22,446 nt of DNA, taken from the NCBI GenBank assembly GCA_051747585.1, contig JBNJGH010000036.1, forward strand, positions 1-22,446. Direction: 5' to 3'. The notes beneath the pieces are model-generated. The model was not told the origin of the DNA and ran no database searches. It saw only the letters and a list, made by a program, of their open reading frames with translations. Positions 9,699 through 17,112 of the stretch are shown here, piece after piece; positions within the stretch are counted from its first letter, which is position 1; each line of letters starts with the position of its first letter. Source of the stretch: Candidatus Rifleibacteriota bacterium (GTDB taxonomy: Bacteria > Muiribacteriota > Ozemobacteria > Ozemobacterales > Ozemobacteraceae). The position numbers and the translations under genes are program-made.

Positions 9699-9749
9699 TT
9701 GACTTACGAAATTGTTTTCGTGTATTACTTTTCATGCAATAAATTTCAT
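9699..9749 (+). promoter_or_regulatory. -35 element (TTGACT) followed by three tandem operator-like palindromes for the wHTH regulator
   Basis: TTGACT 9699-9704. ACGAAA-ttgt-TTTCGT (9706-9721, perfect arms), GTGTAT-tact-TTTCAT (9720-9735), ATGCAA-taaa-TTTCAT (9734-9749). The -10 element is not unambiguous. Confidence 0.6.
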
Positions 9750-9763
9750 AAGTAAAGGTTTTT

Positions 9764-10066
9764 ATGAACAGTTTTAAACAAGAATCAAACAACTGGACCT
9801 TTTTATCGAATCATTCTCATGTTCTATTATGCCTGGCAAGCGACTCAAGCATGCGCATGCGTGATATTGCCCAAAAAGTTGGCATAACCGAGCGCGCCGT
9901 GCAACGTATAATTGCAGACTTAACCGAAGCCGGTTATATAGACCGCTTCAAAAACGGAAGATGCAACTCTTATGAAATTCACCGCGAAAAGCATCTGCGG
10001 CACCCGATCGAAGAGAACAAACTCATAGAAGATTTAATCAGTCTTATAGATCTCGAGAAAATCTAA
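9764..10066 (+). CDS. Small winged helix-turn-helix transcriptional regulator (MarR/ArsR-like, 'WTFLSNH' type)
   Basis: WTFLSNHSHVLLCLA...MRDIAQKVGITERAVQRIIADLTEAGYI (HTH), wing GRCNSY and LRHPIE tail. AAAGGT RBS. Confidence 0.9.
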   Translation: MNSFKQESNNWTFLSNHSHVLLCLASDSSMRMRDIAQKVGITERAVQRIIADLTEAGYIDRFKNGRCNSYEIHREKHLRHPIEENKLIEDLISLIDLEKI

Positions 10067-10087
10067 AATCAAAGCAAGGTAAAAACA

Positions 10088-11299
10088 ATGAAAAAGTGGA
10101 TAGTTCTTAGCGCAGGAGTTGTATTGCAGGCCATTTTAGGCGGCATTTATGCCTGGAGTGCTTTTGTGCCCTCTTTAGTTAAAAATTTTGACCTGAGTAA
10201 AGGCCAGTGCGGCTCAATTTTTGGTTTAACCATCGCTGTATTTGCGATTGCAATGATTCCTGCCGGAAGAATTTTACAGCGCAAAGGCCCGCGCTTTACA
10301 GCTGTAATAGGCTCTGTTTTATTTGCTGCCGGTTATTTTAGCGCTTCTTATTCAGAAGGCAATTTTACTTTTCTTTTATTAAGCTTCGGTGTTCTAATGG
10401 GCATCGGTATCGGCTTTGGCTATGTCGTTCCTCTTACTACCGGTATGAAATGGTTTCCCAACAATCGCGGTCTTGTTACCGGCGTAGCGGTAGCAGGCTT
10501 CGGTGGCGGAGCGATTTTATTCAGCTCATTGGCCGACTATCAATTAGGTAGTGCCGGCTATAACCTTATGCAGGTATTCAGATTTAACGCTGTTGTATTT
10601 GGCTCTTTGTCACTAATCAGCGCTTTATTTATGAGGGAGCCTGAAAGCACAGATTCCAAAGTATCTGCAGAAAAAGAAGAGCGTCTTTTACCACACATTT
10701 TCTCTGTTGACTTTTTTCTCATTTTTATTGGAATGTTCGCAGGCACCTTTGCAGGTTTGCTCGTAGTTGGCAACCTTAAACCAATGATGCTGAGCCATGG
10801 TCTAAGCGATTTTTACGCTACTTTGAGCATTTCTCTTTTTGCATTGGGTAACATCGCCGGTCGCGTACTTTGGGGCCAGGTTCATGACCGTGCAGGTTCA
10901 CGCAAAACAGTATTAATGTCGTTGGGCTTTTTCTTTGTTGCCATGCTGTTGCTAAATATTAAAAACCTGACCTGGTTGTCGCTGCTGGCAACTCCACTTA
11001 TCGGTGCCGGTTTCGGCGGCTGTTTCGTCGTGTATGCCTCTACTGTTGTAGAAAAATTTTCAGTAAGACTTTTTCCACGACTTTACCCTATATGTTTTCT
11101 GGCTTATGGCCTGGCGGCTCTCACCGGCCCATCTCTCGGCGGCTGGCTTGCCGACCGCTCCGGCTCGTATTCAAGCTCTGTAATAACAAGCCTTGGGGTT
11201 TTATTAGCCGCAGCAATTATTATTGCTCTCTTTTTTAAAGACGCTCAGACAAATGACGAAGTCCATGACTCTGCCGAAGCTTTTGCTGAAGCAGATTGA
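10088..11299 (+). CDS. MFS transporter, oxalate:formate antiporter (OFA; OxlT/YhjX-like) family
   Basis: About 12 TM segments. Motifs GGIYAWSAF, GRILQRKGPR, GIGIGFGY...MKWFPNNRGLVTGVAVAGFGGG, GNIAGRVLWGQVHDRAG. Confidence 0.9.
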   Translation: MKKWIVLSAGVVLQAILGGIYAWSAFVPSLVKNFDLSKGQCGSIFGLTIAVFAIAMIPAGRILQRKGPRFTAVIGSVLFAAGYFSASYSEGNFTFLLLSFGVLMGIGIGFGYVVPLTTGMKWFPNNRGLVTGVAVAGFGGGAILFSSLADYQLGSAGYNLMQVFRFNAVVFGSLSLISALFMREPESTDSKVSAEKEERLLPHIFSVDFFLIFIGMFAGTFAGLLVVGNLKPMMLSHGLSDFYATLSISLFALGNIAGRVLWGQVHDRAGSRKTVLMSLGFFFVAMLLLNIKNLTWLSLLATPLIGAGFGGCFVVYASTVVEKFSVRLFPRLYPICFLAYGLAALTGPSLGGWLADRSGSYSSSVITSLGVLLAAAIIIALFFKDAQTNDEVHDSAEAFAEAD

Positions 11300-11314
11300 T
11301 AAATTAAAAAGGTT

Positions 11315-11929
11315 TTATTCTTTCCAGCCTAGAAGGAAAAAAGCTTCATCAAGGCGGTCGACAGTGGTGCCAACCATCATTGAGTCGAGAGCCGCAGCCT
11401 TGTTCATGTAAACCGTGGCCTGTTCTTCGTCACCGGCAAGAGCATAAGACAGCGCCGTCAAAGCATGTACCTTGGCCGAATTTAGCCCGAGCCCACTGTG
11501 TTGAGGAGCAAACTTTTCCGGCGGCATATTGCCAAGCATTTCGGCTGCACGAATATAATCGTAACTTGTCTGATGACGATAAACCAGAGCACCAGCCAAA
11601 CCCACTTTGGCTTCATTATCGCGCTCTGCCGCTATTTCAAAATAAGGTATAGACTCAAGAATTTTGCCGTTTTTAGAAAGAGCCCAACCCATGCCGCTAT
11701 GTGCAGACACACGCTGCGCATCAGTAAGAGGCTCGTCCATCGCCTGCTGAAAGCTGGATTTAGCAGTAGTATAATTTCCGATAGAAATTGCATCCCAGCC
11801 TTCATTAATTAACTTGTCAGCAATAATTATGTCGCTTGTTCCACCACCATTGCTGCTACCGCCACAGTTCTGAATCATTGGAAAAGTCATCAGAACTACA
11901 AACAGCAAAAAGAATTTAGCTTTTTTCAT
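11315..11929 (-). CDS. Putative TPR lipoprotein
   Basis: Basic N-terminus, hydrophobic stretch, Cys22 (MIQN-C) followed by a GGSSNGGG tether. TPR-like EGWDAISIGNYTTAKSSFQQA and AHSGMGWALSKNGKILESIPYFEIA. Starts 19 bp after the protease gene stop. Confidence 0.75.
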   Translation of the reverse strand: MKKAKFFLLFVVLMTFPMIQNCGGSSNGGGTSDIIIADKLINEGWDAISIGNYTTAKSSFQQAMDEPLTDAQRVSAHSGMGWALSKNGKILESIPYFEIAAERDNEAKVGLAGALVYRHQTSYDYIRAAEMLGNMPPEKFAPQHSGLGLNSAKVHALTALSYALAGDEEQATVYMNKAAALDSMMVGTTVDRLDEAFFLLGWKE

Positions 11930-11948
11930 AATTCATTAATCTCCAATT

Positions 11949-14900
11949 TTAACGCAAAACCGCGATTTTGCGTCGCTGTTTGCTTGTTTGTCCGCCAAGT
12001 CTGGCTGTAATTTCGGCAAAATATACCCCGTTGGCAACCATTTGACCTTGAGAATCAGTTAGCCCCCATCTTGTTTCGTAGACTCCTGAACCCGTATGGG
12101 GCAAATCAAAGTCTGTTATTCGCTCGCCATCAACACCGTAGATTTTCACCCTCACGCCGGCCCGGCCTTCTGAAGGGCCATTAAACAACGCCCTGATCCT
12201 TGCAGACTGACGCGCCGGATTCGGGTAAACCGCAACATCTTTCAATGCCGTAGGCCCAGTAATTGCAGCCCTCAGGCTTTTACTTGCTTTGTTGCCAACC
12301 TTATCGGCTACTTCAATACTGATTTCCTGGTCACCATGAGGCAAGCCTCTACTATTTATCTCCAGCTTACCGTTATCGGCAAGTCTTGTTTGCAGTTTTC
12401 TACCCTTATAAAAGGCTTTTACCCGATCAGGGTCGATACCCGAACCTGAATCAACTACTTCTACACTTATCCAGCCTGCGTTATTATTTTCGGCCTGCTG
12501 TTTTATTTCAGGTGCGATTTCATCTACGGCCACGAACACGCTGCTTGAAGTCATAACAGGGCATTTAATATGGCCCTCTTCGAGAGTGACGCGGCTAAGC
12601 CATTTCGGCCCCTGACTTGTAACCCTGTAAAGCCCGGCTTTTTCAGAAAGAACAGAGCTTTCAGCTGGAATCTGCAATTCTACTGCATTTTGAGCTTTTT
12701 CTACCGGTAAACCTACATCAAAATTTGCTGTTATGCGCTGAAGCCCTTCATAGGACGTAGGGTTGTCAGATGCAGCCACCACAACGGCCCCACCCCTTTC
12801 AAGACTTTTAGCCGGAACTCTTATATTCGCAAATGATGCTTTAAGAAGCCCTTCACTACCAGGTTGATAGTATACAGCCGAGAATTTGAGGGTGTTAGAC
12901 AGGATAATTCCATTTGTATTAGTTCCATTGGCTTCGATAACACCTTCGCCCGATTCTTTTAAAGCATAATTGGCAATATAGGTGGAATCATTTACCGGAA
13001 CCATGGTCAGATATCCCTGCTCACCTTCAAAAGTCATCTGCAAGCGTGGTTGCGCTGCAAATTCTTCTTCAGTTCTCACTATTATGTGAAGGAAATTCTC
13101 AAAGGTAGGGTTAGGAAAAATAGCAACTTTAAGGTCGTCAAAAGACATTGAATAAACATAACTGAGCTTTTCGTAATTGGCATTGGCAGTCACCATTGGA
13201 ACCAGAACAAGGTTTTCGTAAGTTCCGCCGGAACCATAGTTCTCTATTATCAAGTTTCCTGCCTGCTTATCGTTCAGGTAGAGAAATTCAACTGCAGTAT
13301 CGACCTCAGGCCCTCTTTTTATGATTGCAGCCTTGAATTGGCCGGTGTCATCACCATCGAACCCCATGTTAAGATTCCCTGTGTTACCGGAAATTTCTAC
13401 ATAATCTGCAGCCCATGGGTTTACATTTGAAGACTTTGCAGTAACCGGAGAAGTCAGCAAAACTTTTTCTGAAAACTTGACCGGAAGTCTTTCATTAACG
13501 CCTAGATCATTTGTTGTGTCATTATCGTTATCAACGTTATAACCCCATTTGCCATCATTGAGCATGCTGGCATCTTTTTTTCTGGTAGTGTCCAGGTAAT
13601 TGGCAATAACCCAGTCGGCAAACACTTCTTTAGCGCTTGTATCAAAAGGTTCAAGCACTGCATCTATTGACTCCATGCCGCCTTCACGGTTGCGAATAAT
13701 ATTTCTCATAAAATTTGAAGTATTAGAGCCGCCATATTTTTCGACCAGATAAAACATCCAGAGAAAAGATGCACCATAATTTGCAAAGGGGTTGGATCCG
13801 AGCCAAACTTCTGAAATTCTATTTTCGACCAGAATTGTGTCGGGCGATTTTATAAACTCGTCAAGATTTGATGTGTAACGTCCATTGTATAAATACTGAC
13901 CATATTGGGTCAATGCTTCTTCAAGCCATCTTTCCATTCCCATAAGCTGACCATCTTCAACCCAATAACCCTCATTGAAAATGATCATATGAACAAATTC
14001 GTGGGCAACTGTTCCGAAAGTCTCTTCAGTATTAAGTGCAAAACTTGGAAAAATATCTATATTGAGGAGTTCTTTTTCATTGCTGAGGGACTGAGAAGAT
14101 CTTGGGAACTGGTTCCCGGCCCAGAAATAACCTCTGAAGCTACCGGAACCATCTCTAATATCATCTAAAAGAATATAAACTTTGGGGTCACCATCTATGT
14201 CGGGTTCTGTTCCAAAATATTCTCTCATTCTAGGATAAATCAAAGCATCGAACTGGTCGGCAAGCTCTTTTAATTTCAAACGGGCAAGATTTTTGTCTGA
14301 TCCTAAGATAAAACGTGGCTCTAGAACAGTTCCACTTGCATCGGGCGCATAATAATAAGGACCATTTGAAAGTGCAACCGAATCAGGCCAGTAAAGCCCC
14401 CATGAAGCTTCGGCCGGTGGGGTCTGGTCTTCAGTTGAAGAAATGCCTCTTGGCAAAGTGGGAAAATACATTACCGGGACGAAAATATAGCAATGAGTGC
14501 CAATGTATCTTAATACAGCGCTCGGGTAATGGCCGTTACCGTCAGTATCGTATATTTCACCGGCCCAGTCAGACCCGAAGCTCGAAATGCCATCATCCGT
14601 TTCAGGATCTCCGTTAGTTCCGGGCCATTCGCCACTATCATGAAAAAGGTTGGTTAAACCGTAGCCATTGGATGTCGAGAATGGCACTTGCGCCACATCT
14701 ATATCGGCGGCGGAAAAATTTCGGCCGCCAACAACTGCACGAATCGAACCTTTAATCCCATTAAATTCATCTGCAGAAATTTCAAGAGGGGTTGAAAACA
14801 TAGAAGCATTAAGAAAAGGCGAAAGATCTGCTTCGACATCCATTTTTTTTGCCTTCTGTCCTTGTTTTACTGCGATTTCACGCATATCCGGCGGAATAAT

Positions 14901-14993
14901 ATTTTCAAGCGCAAAAGATGACTGCGCAAAAAATATCATTCCAAAAATAAGAATTAAAAGTCGGTTGTAAGTTGTTCTGTTCGCCTTTTTCAT
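11949..14993 (-). CDS. Secreted multidomain zinc metalloprotease (HExxH, M30/M6-like gluzincin) with Ig-like domains and a C-terminal FlgD-Ig / T9SS-CTD-like domain
   Basis: Signal peptide ending SSFA. DIDGDPKVYIL, GYFWAGNQ, VAHEFVHMI (HEFVH at 13989-14003), downstream WLEEAL (third ligand) and YGASFLWMFYL. C-terminus VYPNP...VKIYGVDGE...W...DSQGQMVANGVYFAEI...KIAVLR. Confidence 0.8.
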   Translation of the reverse strand: MKKANRTTYNRLLILIFGMIFFAQSSFALENIIPPDMREIAVKQGQKAKKMDVEADLSPFLNASMFSTPLEISADEFNGIKGSIRAVVGGRNFSAADIDVAQVPFSTSNGYGLTNLFHDSGEWPGTNGDPETDDGISSFGSDWAGEIYDTDGNGHYPSAVLRYIGTHCYIFVPVMYFPTLPRGISSTEDQTPPAEASWGLYWPDSVALSNGPYYYAPDASGTVLEPRFILGSDKNLARLKLKELADQFDALIYPRMREYFGTEPDIDGDPKVYILLDDIRDGSGSFRGYFWAGNQFPRSSQSLSNEKELLNIDIFPSFALNTEETFGTVAHEFVHMIIFNEGYWVEDGQLMGMERWLEEALTQYGQYLYNGRYTSNLDEFIKSPDTILVENRISEVWLGSNPFANYGASFLWMFYLVEKYGGSNTSNFMRNIIRNREGGMESIDAVLEPFDTSAKEVFADWVIANYLDTTRKKDASMLNDGKWGYNVDNDNDTTNDLGVNERLPVKFSEKVLLTSPVTAKSSNVNPWAADYVEISGNTGNLNMGFDGDDTGQFKAAIIKRGPEVDTAVEFLYLNDKQAGNLIIENYGSGGTYENLVLVPMVTANANYEKLSYVYSMSFDDLKVAIFPNPTFENFLHIIVRTEEEFAAQPRLQMTFEGEQGYLTMVPVNDSTYIANYALKESGEGVIEANGTNTNGIILSNTLKFSAVYYQPGSEGLLKASFANIRVPAKSLERGGAVVVAASDNPTSYEGLQRITANFDVGLPVEKAQNAVELQIPAESSVLSEKAGLYRVTSQGPKWLSRVTLEEGHIKCPVMTSSSVFVAVDEIAPEIKQQAENNNAGWISVEVVDSGSGIDPDRVKAFYKGRKLQTRLADNGKLEINSRGLPHGDQEISIEVADKVGNKASKSLRAAITGPTALKDVAVYPNPARQSARIRALFNGPSEGRAGVRVKIYGVDGERITDFDLPHTGSGVYETRWGLTDSQGQMVANGVYFAEITARLGGQTSKQRRKIAVLR

Positions 14994-15041
14994 TTATTCC
15001 CCTGTTTCAAATGGGATTAGTTAGAATATTATTCCCCCTAT

Positions 15042-15068
15042 TTATCGGCAATCATAATTAATTAGTTA
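15042..15068 (-). promoter_or_regulatory. Putative sigma28 (FliA/SigD-type) promoter TAAC-N15-GCCGATAA for the metalloprotease-lipoprotein pair
   Basis: Minus strand GCCGATAA at 15049-15042 is the consensus -10. TAAC at 15068-15065 matches TAAA at 3/4 with exactly 15-bp spacing. About 50 bp upstream of the ATG, with an AGGGGA RBS. Confidence 0.6.
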
Positions 15069-15074
15069 ATAAAT

Positions 15075-15120
15075 TGGACAAAGAAAAATATGGTATTATT
15101 ATTTTTAGATATAGGGAGGT
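15075..15120 (+). promoter_or_regulatory. Possible sigma70 promoter (TGGACA-N16-TATTAT, or extended -10 TGgTATTAT) and strong RBS AGGGAGGT
   Basis: TGGACA 15075-15080, TATTAT at 15094 and 15097, AGGGAGGT 15113-15120. Confidence 0.45.
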
Positions 15121-15125
15121 AAATT

Positions 15126-16421
15126 ATGAAAAAGCTATGTATGCTGATTGCGTTGATATTTGTTTGTAATCTTGCTTCTGCAGCTGTTCCCTGGCTTAAC
15201 GATAGTGCCATACATTTAAACATTCATACCGCCAAGGTAATTGACGGCTTTTATCAAAGGCTAGAAAAAATTGAGGGTATGAAGCCAGTTATTAAAGATT
15301 TTAACAATATATTTAAAGCAAATTTAGGGCTGAATCCAGAAAAGGACCTAATAAATGCCGGGTTGATCATTCTTTTTATAAATAATAAACCCAATATGTT
15401 TGCCTATGCTGAAGGGAACTTTGAACCTGAAAAAATATTAAGAGAGCTGAGAACCTCTGTTAAACTAATGCCCCACTCCCCTCATAAAAAAATTAAGTTC
15501 GCTAAAGTAGCAAACAAGCAGGTAATTAAATTTATAAATAAAGAGAAAAAAAGAACGATTTCAGCCTGTTTTCATAGCGACAGACTGCTTTATATTTCTG
15601 AAGAATCAATGATCGAAAAACTGCTTAAAGGCAAATTTAAAACCGACGACACTATGCCTGGCACAATAAAAAAAGAGTTGAAGTCAGACTTTTTTCTCTG
15701 GTTAGATACTGGTTCTGTTAAGCAGGCTGTCGAGCGAATCCCCAACCCTGCTGTATTACCCGTAGCGGGAATACTGGGAATGTTTGAATCTGCTGTGCTG
15801 GCAATAGAAAAAAATGACCTCAGATTTTATTTCAACTGCATTAACAAAGAAACGGCAAGCAATTTAAAAACCTTTATAGAGGGGCAAATCGCCGGTTATC
15901 GCATGTTTATCGACAGCCAGCTCAAAAATCAGAAACTTAAGCTGAATGACAAGAAATGGATGGCTAAAGCTTTCACTTACCTGCTTAAAAACAGCATGGC
16001 TTTAATGGCCAGAAAATCTCTGGAAAAAACAAGTTTGAAGTCAATTAACAATCAGGTTTCTCTTTCTACAACGATTCCGCCATTTTTTGAGACTGTTCTT
16101 AATCCCGTCACTATTGGCGCTGCAGGGGTGTTTGCATCTATTGCCATACCAAACTTTAAACGAGCACGCAAAAAAGCTCAGGAAAGATCCTGTGTTGCCA
16201 ACCAGCATAATATCAATGGTGCGATAGAAATGTATAATATCGACCATGACAAGCCGTTTTCTTCTTTAGACGGGAACAATCTTGAACTTCTGCTAGAAGA
16301 AAACTACTTGAAATCCATTCCTGAATGTTCTGCCGGGGGAAAATATTATTTAACCGATGACGGGCGGGTAAAATGCACCAAGCACGGTGGATTTATAAAC
16401 AAACCCGTTCATAGCGAATAA
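15126..16421 (+). CDS. Exported protein with a C-terminal type IV pilin/ComGC-like domain
   Basis: Sec signal peptide (NLASA-A). From residue ~327: IGAAGVFASIAIPNFKRARKKAQERSCVANQHNINGAIEMYNID...ECSAGGKY...VKCTKHG, which matches the pilin alpha1 helix and a small Cys-containing head. Confidence 0.7.
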   Translation: MKKLCMLIALIFVCNLASAAVPWLNDSAIHLNIHTAKVIDGFYQRLEKIEGMKPVIKDFNNIFKANLGLNPEKDLINAGLIILFINNKPNMFAYAEGNFEPEKILRELRTSVKLMPHSPHKKIKFAKVANKQVIKFINKEKKRTISACFHSDRLLYISEESMIEKLLKGKFKTDDTMPGTIKKELKSDFFLWLDTGSVKQAVERIPNPAVLPVAGILGMFESAVLAIEKNDLRFYFNCINKETASNLKTFIEGQIAGYRMFIDSQLKNQKLKLNDKKWMAKAFTYLLKNSMALMARKSLEKTSLKSINNQVSLSTTIPPFFETVLNPVTIGAAGVFASIAIPNFKRARKKAQERSCVANQHNINGAIEMYNIDHDKPFSSLDGNNLELLLEENYLKSIPECSAGGKYYLTDDGRVKCTKHGGFINKPVHSE

Positions 16422-16435
16422 TACAATATCCAGCT

Positions 16436-16492
16436 AATATAAAAAACGCGCTGCTTCATTGTTAAGAACTGAAACAGCGCGTTTTTTATATT
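16436..16492. terminator. Bidirectional intrinsic terminator
   Basis: Perfect 18-bp inverted repeat AATATAAAAAACGCGCTG (16436-16453) / CAGCGCGTTTTTTATATT (16475-16492), extended by TTCA/TGAA, between convergent genes. Confidence 0.92.
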
Positions 16493-17112
16493 TAAAACAA
16501 AGCATCTATTTGTTTTTTAGCATCAACAAGAGCTTTTTCCCCTGCTTCCGGGCCTCCTGCATCAATGGGTTGAGCACTTATAAAAGTTTGGTCAGCTGCG
16601 CCAATAAAACCAAGAATCTGCTCCAAATAGGGAGTTAATTGATTTAAAGAATGCATAGGGCTGTTATCGCTGTAATCTCCGCCATGGGTGGTTACCACAT
16701 AAGTATGCTCAAGCTCAAGTAAACCTTTAACACCATTATCTACATAAGCAAAGGTAAACCCGGGTTGTACAACAATATCGATGAATTGTTTCAATTTATA
16801 AGGTAAAGAGAAATTCCACATTGGAGAGCTTACCACAAGAATATCCGCACTTTTAAGGCGGTTTATAAGCTGTTTTATTTCCTGCCAGGATTCTTCGGCT
16901 GCTTCATTCAGTTGTTCACCATTTAAAAGCATGTATTTACCCTTAACTCTTGTAACAGTAAGCTCGGGAATTTCTTCAGCAAAAACATTGAATTCATCTA
17001 TTTCAATATCTCCTTGTTCTTTTTTCAGCTTTTCTATAAGGTAATTTGCCAGACCGATCGTTCTACTTGAAGCAGCCCTCGGGCTTGCAATAATATGCAT
17101 AAGTTTTTTCAT
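16492..17112 (-). CDS. azoR: FMN-dependent NADH:quinone oxidoreductase / azoreductase
   Basis: IIASPR...SRT FMN loop, ADILVVSSPMWNFSLPYKLKQFID, GFTFAY...GL, GGDY, YLEQILGFIG. ATGA overlap with the upstream marR gene. Confidence 0.93.
   Translation of the reverse strand: MKKLMHIIASPRAASSRTIGLANYLIEKLKKEQGDIEIDEFNVFAEEIPELTVTRVKGKYMLLNGEQLNEAAEESWQEIKQLINRLKSADILVVSSPMWNFSLPYKLKQFIDIVVQPGFTFAYVDNGVKGLLELEHTYVVTTHGGDYSDNSPMHSLNQLTPYLEQILGFIGAADQTFISAQPIDAGGPEAGEKALVDAKKQIDALF

Noticed and set aside
12301..12380. Additional GCCGATAA (sigma28 -10) matches on the minus strand
   Set aside because: In-frame Ala-Asp-Lys/Asn codons inside the protease gene, so explained by coding.
10558..14970. Small ORFs overlapping the MFS, lipoprotein and protease genes
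   Set aside because: Shadow ORFs with no independent support.
11949..14993. Calling the 1014-aa protein FlgD or a flagellar component because of the FlgD-Ig-like domain and sigma28 motif
   Set aside because: It has a Sec signal peptide and a protease domain and lacks the FlgD N-terminal region. No flagellar genes are in the window.
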